A DNA stretch of 64,000 nt from Porphyromonadaceae bacterium. GTDB taxonomy: Bacteria; Bacteroidota; Bacteroidia; Bacteroidales; Dysgonomonadaceae. Shown here piece after piece: positions 19,755 to 31,014 of the stretch. The notes beneath the pieces were generated by a model that searched no databases, had not been told where the DNA came from, and worked only from the letters and a program-made list of their open reading frames with translations. A program made the position numbers and the translations under genes. Positions within the stretch are counted from its first letter, which is position 1. Each line of letters opens with the position of its first letter. Location: contig JAJFTO010000009.1 of the NCBI GenBank assembly GCA_021372865.1, positions 22,998 through 86,997 on the forward strand. Reading direction: 5' to 3'.

Positions 19755-20324
19755 TTAATTTTCCTTATCATCCCATCTTTTGTGCTCCTCTTCGCGTTTG
19801 GCCAACATGTCGCTCAGTCGCTCCACCTTTGACTTGGTGATGGCGATCCTGCCGGATCGGACAAACTGCAGCACGCCGATGCTCTCAGCCAGCTCGTCGA
19901 AGAGGCCCTGTGTTTCAGAATAATGTCCAGCCTTCAGAAACACGACACAATCTGTGGAGACCTCCAGAATGCGGACGTTGTATTTCCTTACCAGATATTC
20001 GATAGACCCATGTGCCATCACTTTCTCCGTAGAAAGTTTATACAATGCCAGCTCCTGATGTACCAGGTCTTCGTCGGTGTTGTAGTACGCCTTCAGGATG
20101 TCCACCCGCTTGTCAATGAGGCGGACCAGCTTCTTCATCACCTCCTCATCGTCGGAAAAAGTGGTGATGGTAAACTTGTGAATACCTTTTATGGCCGATG
20201 GCGAAACCGACAATGTCTCAATATTTAACTGCCGGCGCGTGAAGATGGTCGTGATTTGATTGAGTACACCCACCGTATTCTCCGAGAATATGGTAATGGT
20301 GTATAAAGTTTTGTTCTCCTCCAT
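19755..20324 (-). CDS. ilvN: Acetolactate synthase small subunit
   Basis: ACT domain ENTVGVLNQITTIFTRRQLNIETL; FVRSGRIA. Confidence 0.92.
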   Translation of the reverse strand: MEENKTLYTITIFSENTVGVLNQITTIFTRRQLNIETLSVSPSAIKGIHKFTITTFSDDEEVMKKLVRLIDKRVDILKAYYNTDEDLVHQELALYKLSTEKVMAHGSIEYLVRKYNVRILEVSTDCVVFLKAGHYSETQGLFDELAESIGVLQFVRSGRIAITKSKVERLSDMLAKREEEHKRWDDKEN

Positions 20325-20404
20325 TTTTGTTGATTTAATATGTATAAATCTTATTTCTGATACGCTTATTGCTGCAAGCCCAACGCCTGTCCTGAACTTT
20401 TTAT

Positions 20405-20476
20405 CGCTGTCTTCAACAAACATGCTGCTATTGAAACTGATCGCCGAATGCTGATCGTTATTTCCAGACCGCTAAT
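20405..20476 (-). repeat. Dispersed core+heptamer repeat, copy after ilvB
   Basis: CGCTGTCTTCAACAA (20405-20419) is identical to 32992-33006; degenerate 7-nt periodic tail up to the ilvB stop. Confidence 0.7.
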
Positions 20477-22243
20477 TTACAACTTATTCCCGTTCCCGAG
20501 CAAAATATTCGTCACACTTCCTCCCGAGGGGATCATGGGATACACCATTCCTTTGGTCTCCACCACCACTTCCAGCAGATAGGCACCCTTGTGGGCCAGC
20601 ATCTCCCCGATGGCGCCATCCAACTCACTGCGTTGAGTTACCTTACGTCCTTTTATATTGTAAGCATCCGCTATTTTAATGAAATCCGGGTTTTTCAGGT
20701 GCGTCTCCGAGTAACGTTCATCAAAAAAAAGTTCCTGCCACTGACGCACCATACCCAGATAATTGTTATTCAGCAAGATGATCTTCACATCAATATCATA
20801 TTCCATGATGGTGCCAAACTCCTGCAGGGTCATCTGCAGACCGCCGTCGCCCACGAAGATGCAAACCGTTCTCTCCGGCGCACCGTACTTGGCGCCAATG
20901 CCGGCAGGAAGTCCAAAGCCCATTGTTCCCAGGCCACCGGAGGTTACCATGCTGCGGGACTCTGTAAACTTGAAGTAACGCGTACTCATCATTTGATGCT
21001 GTCCCACATCGGTCACGCAGACCGCTTTGTTGTGTGTGGCTTCCGTCACCTTGTGCACTACTTCACCCATCTTTATTTCTCCGCCGTTTTCCGGATATAG
21101 TTCATTCTTGATGATACAGTCAAATTCTTTCTTTATGTAAGGCTCGAATTCCGACAGCCACGCTTCATGCGATTGCTTGTTAAGCAGGGCTGTAACCATC
21201 GGCAATGTTTTTTTCGCATTGCCCGACACCTTTACCGTCGTCATTACATTTTTGTTTATTTCAGCCGGATCGATATCGAAATGAATCACTTTCGCCTGTT
21301 TAGCATAGGTTTTCAGGTCGCCCGTGACACGGTCGTCGAAACGCATACCAATGGCTATCAGCACATCGCACTCGTTGGTCTTTATGTTGGGTGCCACATT
21401 GCCGTGCATGCCCAGCATTCCAAAATTCAGCGGGTGATTGGTAGGCATGGCCGACAATCCGAGGATGGTAGAACCAAAGGGAATACCCGCCTTCTCCAGA
21501 AAAGCACGCAACTCCTCTTCCGCTCTTCCAAGGATCACACCCTGCCCCACCAGGGCAAGTGGTTTTTTTGCACTGTTGATGAGGTCAGCCGCTTTTCTGA
21601 TCTGGTCGTCCTCAATCTCAGGCTCCGGCAGGTAACTGCGGAGAAAGGTTGTCTTCTGGTAGGAATAAGCACATTTGTTCACCTGTGCATCCTTGGCAAT
21701 GTCTAACACCACCGGTCCGGGGCGACCGCTGGAGGCAATGTAAAATGCCTTGGAAACGGCCCAGGCAATATCTTCCACGCGGCGAATCTGATATACCCAC
21801 TTGGTGATGGGCTGCGTGACCCCAATCACATCTGCCTCCTGAAAAGCATCAGAACCCAGCAGGCTCGAAACGACCTGTCCCGAGATGACCACCAGGGGCG
21901 TACTGTCCATCATCGCATCGGTGATGCCGGTGATGGCATTCGTGGCACCCGGCCCTGAGGTGACAAGCGCAACACCTACTTTCTCCGACACGCGGGCATA
22001 ACCCTGGGCAGCGTGTACTGCACCCTGCTCGTGGCGTACCAGAATATGTTTGATCTCTTGTTTGTGATCATACAGTGCATCAAATACCGGCATGATGGCA
22101 CCACCCGGATAACCGAACATGGTGTCCACGCCTTCTGCGATCAACGATCGGATCAATATCTCGCTGCCTGAAATAATCTCTGTTTCCTGTCCCCGCTTCT
22201 CGGGAGAAGAAATAGTTTTCTGAGTCTGATTATTTTTGTTCAT
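20477..22243 (-). CDS. ilvB: Acetolactate synthase large subunit
   Basis: FGYPGGAI, RHEQGA, TSGPGATN, RFDDRVTG, GDGG..MT.QE. Confidence 0.95.
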   Translation of the reverse strand: MNKNNQTQKTISSPEKRGQETEIISGSEILIRSLIAEGVDTMFGYPGGAIMPVFDALYDHKQEIKHILVRHEQGAVHAAQGYARVSEKVGVALVTSGPGATNAITGITDAMMDSTPLVVISGQVVSSLLGSDAFQEADVIGVTQPITKWVYQIRRVEDIAWAVSKAFYIASSGRPGPVVLDIAKDAQVNKCAYSYQKTTFLRSYLPEPEIEDDQIRKAADLINSAKKPLALVGQGVILGRAEEELRAFLEKAGIPFGSTILGLSAMPTNHPLNFGMLGMHGNVAPNIKTNECDVLIAIGMRFDDRVTGDLKTYAKQAKVIHFDIDPAEINKNVMTTVKVSGNAKKTLPMVTALLNKQSHEAWLSEFEPYIKKEFDCIIKNELYPENGGEIKMGEVVHKVTEATHNKAVCVTDVGQHQMMSTRYFKFTESRSMVTSGGLGTMGFGLPAGIGAKYGAPERTVCIFVGDGGLQMTLQEFGTIMEYDIDVKIILLNNNYLGMVRQWQELFFDERYSETHLKNPDFIKIADAYNIKGRKVTQRSELDGAIGEMLAHKGAYLLEVVVETKGMVYPMIPSGGSVTNILLGNGNKL

Positions 22244-22329
22244 AATTGCTCACTAAAATTAGACGATTGAAATAAAATTCTCTTCTGCTTATGCAGTGTA
22301 TCGAAATCGTGGATGAAATTAGAAAAATA

Positions 22330-24195
22330 TTAAATAATTCGTATCGCTCCCTTGTCGGCCGAGCTGACAAAGTGTGCATAGAGCTTCAAAGCTTTGGATA
22401 TTTTCCTGTCACGCTCCGGCTGGAAAGCATTCTCACCTTTCGCCTCTTCCCGGGTTCTTCTTTCCTGCAATTCTGCTTCGCTTACTTTCAGGTGGATGCT
22501 CCTTTCGGGAATATTGATCTCAATGATGTCGCCATCGCGCACCAGGCCGATGTTTCCACCTGCAGCCGCCTCGGGTGAGATGTGGCCGATGGAGAGTCCC
22601 GATGTTCCACCCGAAAAGCGTCCGTCGGTGATCAGGGCACACTCCGCTCCGAGGTGCTTCGCTTTGATGTAGGAGGTGGGATAAAGCATCTCCTGCATGC
22701 CGGGGCCACCTTTGGGACCTTCATAGACGATCACCACTACATCGCCAGCCACAACCCGTCCATCCAGTATGCCCGCACAGGCATCCTCCTGCGACTGGAA
22801 TACCTTGGCCCTGCCGCTGAATTTCCAGATGCTTTCGTCCACGCCGGCCGTCTTTACCACGCAGCCGTTGAGGGCAATGTTGCCTTTCAGGATAGCCAGT
22901 CCCCCATCTTTTGTATACGCATGTTCCACATCGCGGATACACCCTTCCTGTCGGTCTGTATCCAGTTCTTTAAACCGTGCATCCTGAGATCCCATCACCA
23001 GGTTGTAGCGGTTTCCGGGTGCAGAGGTATAGATATTCCTTGCCTCTTCGGAAGGTTCGGCCTTGGTGATGTCATATTTTTCAATTGCTTCCGCCAGGGT
23101 AAGCCCGTCCGCGCGGCTCACCGAGGTGTCTACCAACCCTGCTTTGGCAAGTTCACCCAGGATACCCAGGATACCACCCGCACGGTTCACATCCTGGATG
23201 TGATATTTCTTTGAGTTGGGTGCCACCTTGCAGATGCAGGGCACCTTGCGTGATAATTCATCGATGTCTTCCAGTTTGAAGTCGACCTCCCCCTCGCGGG
23301 CAATAGCCAGTGTGTGAAGGATGGTGTTTGTGGATCCGCCCATGGCGATATCGAGTGTCATGGCATTCAGAAAAGCCTGACGTGTGGCGATGTTGCGTGG
23401 GAGCACCGACGCGTCACCGTCAAAATAGTAACGTTCTGCATTTCTTACGATCTGCTTTGCCGCCTTCACGAAAAGTTCTTTGCGGTTGACGTGGGTAGCC
23501 AGGATGGTTCCGTTGCCGGGCAGCGCCAGTCCGATTGCCTCATTCAGGCAGTTCATCGAGTTGGCAGTGAACATGCCGGAACAGGAACCGCAAGTGGGAC
23601 AAGCAGAGACCTCCAGTTGGGCCACACGTTCGTCGGACACGTTTTCGTCGGCCGATTCAATCATCGCATCAATCAGGTCGATCTGCTCATCTCCGATCTT
23701 TCCTGCCTCCATGGGTCCGCCCGAAACAAAGATGGCAGGGATGTTTAGCCGCATGGCCGCCATCAGCATCCCCGGCGTGATCTTGTCGCAGTTGCTGATG
23801 CAAACCAGCGCATCGGCCTTATGCGCATTGACCATATATTCTATGGAGTCGGCAATCATGTCGCGCGAAGGAAGCGAGTACAACATGCCATCGTGTCCCA
23901 TGGCGATGCCGTCGTCCACAGCGATGGTGTTGAACTCTGCTGCAAAGCAGCCCAGTTTCTCCACCTCCTTTTTCACAAGCTGTCCAATGTCGTGCAGATG
24001 CACATGTCCCGGCACAAACTGAGTGAAAGAGTTGGCAATGGCAATAATGGGTTTGCCCATCTGTTCGCGGGTCATTCCGTTGGCATGCCACAACGCCCGT
24101 GCACCGGCCATCAGTCGGCCCTGTGTACTGGTCGCACTGCGCAGATTTTCTTTTTTCTGCTCCCGCTTCCTCTCCGAATTGTTTTTATTGTTCAT
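22330..24195 (-). CDS. ilvD: Dihydroxy-acid dehydratase
   Basis: [30 protein letters not shown]. Confidence 0.96.
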   Translation of the reverse strand: MNNKNNSERKREQKKENLRSATSTQGRLMAGARALWHANGMTREQMGKPIIAIANSFTQFVPGHVHLHDIGQLVKKEVEKLGCFAAEFNTIAVDDGIAMGHDGMLYSLPSRDMIADSIEYMVNAHKADALVCISNCDKITPGMLMAAMRLNIPAIFVSGGPMEAGKIGDEQIDLIDAMIESADENVSDERVAQLEVSACPTCGSCSGMFTANSMNCLNEAIGLALPGNGTILATHVNRKELFVKAAKQIVRNAERYYFDGDASVLPRNIATRQAFLNAMTLDIAMGGSTNTILHTLAIAREGEVDFKLEDIDELSRKVPCICKVAPNSKKYHIQDVNRAGGILGILGELAKAGLVDTSVSRADGLTLAEAIEKYDITKAEPSEEARNIYTSAPGNRYNLVMGSQDARFKELDTDRQEGCIRDVEHAYTKDGGLAILKGNIALNGCVVKTAGVDESIWKFSGRAKVFQSQEDACAGILDGRVVAGDVVVIVYEGPKGGPGMQEMLYPTSYIKAKHLGAECALITDGRFSGGTSGLSIGHISPEAAAGGNIGLVRDGDIIEINIPERSIHLKVSEAELQERRTREEAKGENAFQPERDRKISKALKLYAHFVSSADKGAIRII

Positions 24196-24245
24196 TTTAT
24201 TTAAAATTTATTTCGCTAAAGCCGATTATCCTAACCATGAAAGCC

Positions 24246-24351
24246 TTCTTGCCAGCTGCAGTCCTTAACACCAATCCCACAACCGAAACTGATTCCTGAA
24301 TCCTGAATCCTGAAAGCTGACTTCTGAATCCTGAATCCTGAATCCTGAATC
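24246..24351 (-). repeat. Dispersed core+heptamer repeat, copy after leuB; 9 in-register heptamers, mostly CCTGAAT
   Basis: Heptamer array 24288-24350 abuts the leuB TAG; core resembles 32981-33040. Confidence 0.9.
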
Positions 24352-25419
24352 CTATTTACTAATATATTCCGTAATCCAATTACCAACCTCGCTTGTGCGA
24401 TAGCTTTTGCCACCGTTGGCAATATCTTCCGTGACGATGCCCGCTTCGAGGCTTGCGTTCACAGCCTGCCGGATCAGGGCGCCCTCTTCCTGCAGATTGA
24501 ATCCATATTCGAACATCAGCGCGACAGAGAGAATCATGGCCACAGGGTTGGCAATATCTTTGCCTGCAGCCTGGGGATAGGATCCGTGTATCGGTTCAAA
24601 AAGAGACGTGTGCAGACCCATGGAAGCCGAAGGAAGCAGCCCCAGGGAGCCGGTGATCACCGATGCCTCGTCGGTGAGGATGTCACCGAACAGGTTTTCG
24701 GTCACCAGCACATCGAAACTTTTGGGCCACTGGATGATGCGCATGGCAGCGTTATCCACGAAAAGGTAGTCCGTTACAATGTCGGGGTACTGTGGCGCGA
24801 TCTCCTGCGCCACCTGGCGCCAAAGACGAGAGGACGCCAGCACGTTGGCCTTGTCGACGACCGTCAGCTTTTTGCGTCGCTGGCCCGCAAACTTATAGGC
24901 CAGGTGAAGTACACGTTCTATTTCCTCACGGGTATAAATACAGGTATCATAAGCCGTATCGCCATCCTCGCTCCGGCCTTGAGGGCGACCGAAATAAAGG
25001 CCTCCGGTAAGCTCCCGGATACATACAAAGTCGGCTCCCTCCACCAGATCGGCGCGCAAGGGCGATTTGTGAATGAGTGAGGGAAAGGTCATCACAGGAC
25101 GGATATTTCCATAAAGCCCCAGCTGTTTGCGCATGCGCAACAATCCCTGTTCGGGCCGTACTTTGGCATTGGGGTTATTGTCATATTTGGGATCTCCGAC
25201 GGCGCCAAACAGCACGGCATCGCTCTGCATGCACAGTTCATGCGTTTCAGCCGGATAGGGATCGCCCACGGCATCGATGGCTGCTGCGCCGGTGATACCT
25301 TCTTTGTACGAAAATTCATGGCCAAACTTCCTGCACACGGCCTGCGTAACCTGCAAAGCCTGCTTCATAATCTCCGGGCCAATTCCGTCTCCCGCCAGTA
25401 CTGCAATATTTAACTTCAT
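24352..25419 (-). CDS. leuB: 3-isopropylmalate dehydrogenase
   Basis: [28 protein letters not shown]. Confidence 0.96.
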   Translation of the reverse strand: MKLNIAVLAGDGIGPEIMKQALQVTQAVCRKFGHEFSYKEGITGAAAIDAVGDPYPAETHELCMQSDAVLFGAVGDPKYDNNPNAKVRPEQGLLRMRKQLGLYGNIRPVMTFPSLIHKSPLRADLVEGADFVCIRELTGGLYFGRPQGRSEDGDTAYDTCIYTREEIERVLHLAYKFAGQRRKKLTVVDKANVLASSRLWRQVAQEIAPQYPDIVTDYLFVDNAAMRIIQWPKSFDVLVTENLFGDILTDEASVITGSLGLLPSASMGLHTSLFEPIHGSYPQAAGKDIANPVAMILSVALMFEYGFNLQEEGALIRQAVNASLEAGIVTEDIANGGKSYRTSEVGNWITEYISK

Positions 25420-25520
25420 CTGTAAAATTTTTTCTGTATTCTATATTCTATGTTTAAATTCTCTTAACAGCCATCCTTACCAATCTTCCATATCGAAAGC
25501 TGCGAGCTAAAAGCTTTTTT

Positions 25521-25685
25521 CCCTGACCGCTGTCCCTGAAAATCTTCCACTTCCCAAGCTGATAGCTGATAGTTGAACCCTGAATCCTGATCCCTGAATC
25601 CTGAATCCTGATCCCTGACCCCTGACCGCTGCCCCTATCAAGCTCCCACTTCCCAAGCTGACTCCTGATACCTGAATCCTGAATC
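25521..25685 (-). repeat. Two tandem core+heptamer repeat copies after cimA
   Basis: CCTGACCGCTG and CCACTTCCCAAGCTGA each occur twice, ~100 nt apart, linked by ~10 nCTGAnn-type heptamers. Confidence 0.9.
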
Positions 25686-27245
25686 CTACGGCAAAGGCAA
25701 ATAACTCATATTGGGAATATTTCCTTTCTCCAGCATATTCAGCATCTTCATGGTCGCCTTGATGGCTGCCACTGTCTGGTCGATATCCAGTGCCCGTGTT
25801 TTGAACACTTTCCCTTCGAACTTCCAGGTGATGATGGTCTGCACGTAGGCATTGGTCTTTCCGCCCGGCGGTATGACTACTTCATAATCGATCAGTTCCG
25901 GTACTGGTTTGTTAAGGCTCCGGTAAATCTTGTACATCGCCTTCGAGAAAGCGTGGTACTGTCCTTCACCGGCTGCCGTTTCCTGGTATACCTCCCCTTT
26001 GATGGACAGTTTCACCGTGGCCGTTGGGCGCAAGCCGTGACTGACTGTAAGGGAATAGTTCAGCATCTCGATATCCTTGTTCTCGACGCCATTTTTCAAT
26101 ACATCCGATACAATGTACGGCAATTCGTCGAGATTCACAATCTCCTTCTTGTCGCCCAACTCAATGACGCGGGCCGTGACTTTGCGGGTGGATTCTTCAT
26201 CCAGCTCGATGCCCAGTGCTTCCAGATTTTTGACGATGTTGGAGCGGCCGGCATTCTTTCCGAGTGCATACGCACGGAAACGGCCAAAGCGTTCGGGCAT
26301 CAGGTTGTTAAAATAGAGATTTTTCTTTTTATCGCCATCGGCGTGGATACCGGCTACCTGTGTAAATACATTGTCGCCAATGATCGGTTTATTATTCGGG
26401 ATTCGTACACCCGAGTAACTCTCAACGACCTTGCTTACATTGTAGAGTTTACTTTCGTCCACGCTGGTCTGCAGACCCATGTGGTCGTGAATGACAGCGA
26501 TCACGCTTGTCAATGGCGCGTTGCCGGCACGTTCGCCCAGTCCGTTCACCGTCACGTGTACACCCTTCACCCCGGCCTTGACAGCTTCAAAGACGTTGGC
26601 CACGGCCAGGTCATAATCATTGTGTGCATGAAAATCGAAATGCAGCGAAGGATATCGTGCAATCATCTCTCCGCAGAACTGCCGTGTTTCATCCGGGTTA
26701 AGGACACCCAACGTGTCGGGGAGCATAAATCGCTTCACAGGCTCATCTTTCAGTCCGTCCATCATATGAAACACATACTCTTTTGAGTCACGCATGCCGT
26801 TGGACCAATCCTCAAGATAGAGGTTTACAGTCAGTCCCATTTCGCGGGCGGAGGCGATGCATTTCTTTATGTCCTCCAGGTGCTCGTCGGCCGACTTGCG
26901 CAGCTGATAGGTACAATGTTTCAACGATCCCTTACTCAACAGATTCACTACCTTGCACCCCGTTTTGGCAATCCATTCGAGGGAAGTAGTTCCGTCCACA
27001 AATCCCAGCACCTCCAGCCGGTCGATATAACCATGTGCCTCTGCCCATTGGGCAATTTTCTGTACCGACTGGTATTCACCTTCCGACACACGGGCGGAGG
27101 CAATCTCCACCCTGTCCACCTTGAGTTCTTCCAGCAACAGACGTACCACGCTCACTTTCTCCTGGGCAGCAAAAGATACGCCCGAAGTCTGTTCACCATC
27201 GCGAAGCGTGGTATCCATGATCTCTATTTTTCTAACTTCTCCCAA
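25686..27245 (-). CDS. cimA: Citramalate synthase (LeuA paralogue)
   Basis: [32 protein letters not shown]; lies between leuD and leuB as in Bacteroidales; TTG start. Confidence 0.85.
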   Translation of the reverse strand: MGEVRKIEIMDTTLRDGEQTSGVSFAAQEKVSVVRLLLEELKVDRVEIASARVSEGEYQSVQKIAQWAEAHGYIDRLEVLGFVDGTTSLEWIAKTGCKVVNLLSKGSLKHCTYQLRKSADEHLEDIKKCIASAREMGLTVNLYLEDWSNGMRDSKEYVFHMMDGLKDEPVKRFMLPDTLGVLNPDETRQFCGEMIARYPSLHFDFHAHNDYDLAVANVFEAVKAGVKGVHVTVNGLGERAGNAPLTSVIAVIHDHMGLQTSVDESKLYNVSKVVESYSGVRIPNNKPIIGDNVFTQVAGIHADGDKKKNLYFNNLMPERFGRFRAYALGKNAGRSNIVKNLEALGIELDEESTRKVTARVIELGDKKEIVNLDELPYIVSDVLKNGVENKDIEMLNYSLTVSHGLRPTATVKLSIKGEVYQETAAGEGQYHAFSKAMYKIYRSLNKPVPELIDYEVVIPPGGKTNAYVQTIITWKFEGKVFKTRALDIDQTVAAIKATMKMLNMLEKGNIPNMSYLPLP

Positions 27246-27259
27246 AATGATTCTCTATT

Positions 27260-27299
27260 AATGTACAAATTTATCAATCTGCTAATGAGCCAATTGTTT
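27260..27299. repeat. Degenerate 8-nt periodic repeat in the leuD-cimA spacer
   Basis: AAT recurs at 27260, 27268, 27276, 27284 and 27292. Confidence 0.6.
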
Positions 27300-27309
27300 A
27301 AGAATAAAA

Positions 27310-27906
27310 TCAGTAGGCATACGCCCTTTGCTGTTCGAATGCCTCTATTTTATCTTTGTTCGACAGCAGGAAGTCTATATCATCCAGACCCTCAAGGAGG
27401 CAGGCCTTTTTATAGGAATTTATTTCGAATGATTCGCTTTTGTCTGTTTCGTTGTTCACGATGGTCTGTGCTTCCAGATTCACCGTGACAGTTGCCTTCG
27501 GATTTTTATCCAACGAGGCGAATAACTCACTCAGGAACACATCGCTCACCACCACCGGCAGGATACCGTTGTTGAGAGCATTGTTGCGGAAGATGTCGGC
27601 AAAGAAGCTCGATACCACCACTTTAAAACCGTATCCGCCAATGGCCCATGCAGCATGTTCACGGCTACTGCCGCTGCCAAAGTTCTTTCCTGTTACCAGT
27701 ATCTGACCGCCATAGGCAGGGTTATTCAACACAAAATCGGCCTTGGGATTGCCTTCCTTGTCGTAACGCCAGTCGGCAAAAAGATTGTCTCCAAACCCTT
27801 CCCGTGTGGTCGCTTTCAGAAAACGGGCCGGAATGATCTGGTCTGTGTCCACATTCTCTATTGGAAGCGGAACATATGTGGATGTGATTGTCTGAAACTT
27901 TTCCAT
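27310..27906 (-). CDS. leuD: 3-isopropylmalate dehydratase small subunit
   Basis: [24 protein letters not shown]. Confidence 0.96.
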   Translation of the reverse strand: MEKFQTITSTYVPLPIENVDTDQIIPARFLKATTREGFGDNLFADWRYDKEGNPKADFVLNNPAYGGQILVTGKNFGSGSSREHAAWAIGGYGFKVVVSSFFADIFRNNALNNGILPVVVSDVFLSELFASLDKNPKATVTVNLEAQTIVNNETDKSESFEINSYKKACLLEGLDDIDFLLSNKDKIEAFEQQRAYAY

Positions 27907-27917
27907 TGTAATTTCTT

Positions 27918-29300
27918 TTACGGATTTGTAATTTTACCATTTACTGCTGCCGCTGCCGCCACCAGCGGGCCTGCCAGGATGGTGCGTGCACCCGGTCCCT
28001 GACGGCCTTCAAAGTTGCGGTTTGAAGTTGAGACTGCATATTTCCCTGCGGGGACCTTGTCATCGTTCATGGCCAGGCAGGCAGAACAACCGGGCTGACG
28101 TAGTGCAAATCCGGCCTCTTCCAGTATCTTGTCCAGTCCCTCCTCTTCTATCTGCTTGCGCACTTTCCAGCTTCCAGGCACCAGCCAGGCGGTCACATTT
28201 TCTGCTTTTTTCTTTCCCTTCACATATTCCGTGAAGAGGCGAAAATCTTCAATACGGCCGTTGGTGCAGCTTCCAAGGAAGACGTAATCGATTGGTTTTC
28301 CTTCCAGTTTCTCACCCGGTACAAAACCCATATATTTCAATGATTTCTCGAATGATATCTTACCTGCTACATCGATGTCTTCCAGTTGCGGGATGGTACC
28401 GTCTATCGGCATACCCATACCCGGGTTGGTACCGTAAGTGATCATCGGCTTGATCTGCGACACATCAAAGGTCACCTCCTTGTCGAAAGCAGCCCCTTCG
28501 TCGGTTTTCAGTGTCTGCCAGTAAGCCAGTGCCTTGTTCCACGATTCCCCTTTGGGTGCAAACTCGCGTCCTTTGATGTAGTTGAATGTCGTTTCATCGG
28601 GTGCGACCAGTCCGCCACGGGCACCCATTTCAATGCTCAGGTTGCAGAGTGTCATCCGCTGCTCCATGGTGAGGTTGCGCACCGCTTCACCCGCGTACTC
28701 CACAAAATAACCGGTGGCACCGCCGGTGGTCAATTGCGAGATCATGTACAACGCCATATCCTTGGCACCCACGTGCTCGTTCAGCTTTCCTTCGAAGTTA
28801 ATGCGCATGGTTTTGGGCCGCGTCTGCAGGATACATTGTGATGCAAGCACCATCTCCACCTCGCTGGTGCCAATGCCGAAGGCGATGGCACCGAAAGCAC
28901 CGTGGGTGGAGGTATGACTGTCTCCGCAGACAATGGTCATTCCCGGCTGTGTATATCCGTTTTCCGGTCCTATTACATGCACGATCCCATTCTTCGGGTT
29001 GTTCAGCCCGTAATAGGTAAGTCCGAACTCCTCCGCATTTTTGGCCAGCGTATCTACCTGAAACCGGGATACCTGATCACGAATGGGTTTGTCCTGCTCC
29101 ATGGTGGGGATATTATGATCGGCCGTGAGCGTCGTCCGTTCGGGACGGAATACTTTCAGCCCGCGGGCACGCAATCCGGCAAAAGCCTGCGGACTGGTTA
29201 CCTCGTGACACAAATGACGATCTATGTATAACTGGGTGGGACCGTCCTGCACAGTGGCAACCACATGGGCGTCCCAGATTTTATCGAAAAGCGTCTTCAT
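27918..29300 (-). CDS. leuC: 3-isopropylmalate dehydratase large subunit
   Basis: [43 protein letters not shown]. Confidence 0.96.
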   Translation of the reverse strand: MKTLFDKIWDAHVVATVQDGPTQLYIDRHLCHEVTSPQAFAGLRARGLKVFRPERTTLTADHNIPTMEQDKPIRDQVSRFQVDTLAKNAEEFGLTYYGLNNPKNGIVHVIGPENGYTQPGMTIVCGDSHTSTHGAFGAIAFGIGTSEVEMVLASQCILQTRPKTMRINFEGKLNEHVGAKDMALYMISQLTTGGATGYFVEYAGEAVRNLTMEQRMTLCNLSIEMGARGGLVAPDETTFNYIKGREFAPKGESWNKALAYWQTLKTDEGAAFDKEVTFDVSQIKPMITYGTNPGMGMPIDGTIPQLEDIDVAGKISFEKSLKYMGFVPGEKLEGKPIDYVFLGSCTNGRIEDFRLFTEYVKGKKKAENVTAWLVPGSWKVRKQIEEEGLDKILEEAGFALRQPGCSACLAMNDDKVPAGKYAVSTSNRNFEGRQGPGARTILAGPLVAAAAAVNGKITNP

Positions 29301-29326
29301 ATTTCTTAATGACTATTTATTACTGT

Positions 29327-30814
29327 TTATTCCACAAACTTATTCACCGCGTCTATGAACGCCTCCACAGAAGCTGCCACGATGTCGGTATTCGCCGAGA
29401 AACCGTAATACCGTATATCGTTGTGTTCCACCTGCATATGAACCTTGCCCACATCGTCGCTACCGTGATCGATTGCCTGGATCAGGAATTCCTGAATTCT
29501 CACCTTTCGGCGGATAATATTTTTCACCGCCTTGATGGCAGCATCCACAGGACCATTGCCGGTGGCGGTCGCTTCAAAATGTTCCCCTGCGATATCCAGG
29601 CCGATGCTGGCCACGTCACGCACGCCGATGCCGCAAAGCACCTGCAGATAATCCACTTTGATACGGTGGAGGCGTGCTTCCTTGCCCACAAGCATCAGGA
29701 TATCGTCGTCATTCACATTTTTCTTTTTGTCGGCCAACTCCAGAAATTGCTGATATACTTTGTCCAGCTCTTCCGACTCCAGCTTCACACCCAGCAGTGA
29801 GAGGCGGTTCTTCAGTGCTGCACGGCCGCTGCGGGCAGTCAGTACGATCGCATTGTCGTCGATGCCCACATCTTTCGGATCGATGATCTCGTAAGTCTCC
29901 ACATTTTTGAGCACCCCATCCTGGTGAATACCGGAGGAGTGTGCAAAGGCATTGCGTCCGACGATGGCCTTATTGGGCTGCACCGGCATGTTCATCAGGC
30001 CCGACACCATACGGCTGGTTTGGTAGATATGCTGCGTATTGATATTGGTATCAAAACCCCGGTCCTTGTGACTCTTGAGCGCCATCACCACTTCTTCGAG
30101 TGAGGTGTTGCCCGCCCGTTCTCCGATGCCATTGATGGTCACCTCCACCTGGCGTGCGCCATTGATGACACCGGCCAAGGTGTTGGCCGTTGCCATACCA
30201 AGATCCTGATGGCAGTGCGTGGAGAGGATGGCATCCTTCAAGTCGACATTTTCAGTCAGAAATTTTATTTTTGCTCCAAACTCATCGGGGAAACAATAGC
30301 CGGTGGTGTCGGGGATATTGATCACTGTGGCGCCAGCGTTGACTACGGCCTGTACTACGCGGGCAAGATACTCGTTGTCGGTACGTCCCGCATCTTCGGC
30401 ATAAAACTCCACATCGTCTACAAAGCGACGTGCATACTTCACCGCCTTTACTGCCCGCTCAATAATCTCTTCGCGGTTGGAATTGAACTTGTATTTAATG
30501 TGGGAATCGGATGTCCCAATACCCGTATGAATGCGTTTGCGACGGGCGTACTTCAGTGCTTCGGCAGCTACTTCTATATCTTTCTCCACGGCACGTGTCA
30601 GCGCGCATATGGTGGGCCAGGTGACTGCCTTGGAAATTTCTACAACTGAATTGAAATCACCCGGGCTCGATACCGGAAAACCCGCCTCAATCACGTCCAC
30701 TCCCAGCAACTCAAGCGCCTGGGCAATCTGAATCTTCTCGATAGTATTCAGCTGACAGCCAGGCACCTGCTCGCCATCTCTCAAAGTGGTATCAAAAACA
30801 TAAATTTGCTCCAT
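29327..30814 (-). CDS. leuA: 2-isopropylmalate synthase
   Basis: [34 protein letters not shown]. Confidence 0.95.
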   Translation of the reverse strand: MEQIYVFDTTLRDGEQVPGCQLNTIEKIQIAQALELLGVDVIEAGFPVSSPGDFNSVVEISKAVTWPTICALTRAVEKDIEVAAEALKYARRKRIHTGIGTSDSHIKYKFNSNREEIIERAVKAVKYARRFVDDVEFYAEDAGRTDNEYLARVVQAVVNAGATVINIPDTTGYCFPDEFGAKIKFLTENVDLKDAILSTHCHQDLGMATANTLAGVINGARQVEVTINGIGERAGNTSLEEVVMALKSHKDRGFDTNINTQHIYQTSRMVSGLMNMPVQPNKAIVGRNAFAHSSGIHQDGVLKNVETYEIIDPKDVGIDDNAIVLTARSGRAALKNRLSLLGVKLESEELDKVYQQFLELADKKKNVNDDDILMLVGKEARLHRIKVDYLQVLCGIGVRDVASIGLDIAGEHFEATATGNGPVDAAIKAVKNIIRRKVRIQEFLIQAIDHGSDDVGKVHMQVEHNDIRYYGFSANTDIVAASVEAFIDAVNKFVE

Positions 30815-30844
30815 GATCAACCTAAATTATCTTCGTTTCAACAT

Positions 30845-30880
30845 AAAAGAAAAAACCTTCCTCACGCGGGTGAGAAAGGT
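30845..30880 (-). terminator. Attenuator terminator upstream of leuA
   Basis: Minus strand ACCUUUCUCAC-CCGC-GUGAGGAAGGU followed by UUUUUCUUUU; 11-bp stem. Confidence 0.85.
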
Positions 30881-30922
30881 CATCTATATTTTTTACATCA
30901 GTACATCACGGATATGCCAGTC

Positions 30923-30985
30923 TCACCCTCTGAAATTCTCCAGAAGTAGAATAGAAATGACTAGAATATCCTTTTGATAATACAT
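30923..30985 (-). CDS. Putative leu/ilv operon leader peptide MYYQKDILVISILLLENFRG
   Basis: 20-codon ORF with an I-L-V-I-S-I-L-L-L run (two CTA codons); its end GGGTGAGA is complementary to TCTCACCC in the terminator 5' arm and loop. Confidence 0.8.
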   Translation of the reverse strand: MYYQKDILVISILLLENFRG

Positions 30986-31014
30986 AAGAACAATAAAAAT
31001 CTGTTTAATGCGTG

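Noticed and set aside
24231-24422. 63-aa ORF with RIQDSGF repeats
   Set aside because: It is just the translation of the heptamer array overlapping leuB.
24288-25685. Heptamer arrays as a CRISPR array
   Set aside because: Units are 7 nt and contiguous, with no 25-45-nt repeats separated by unique spacers and no cas genes.
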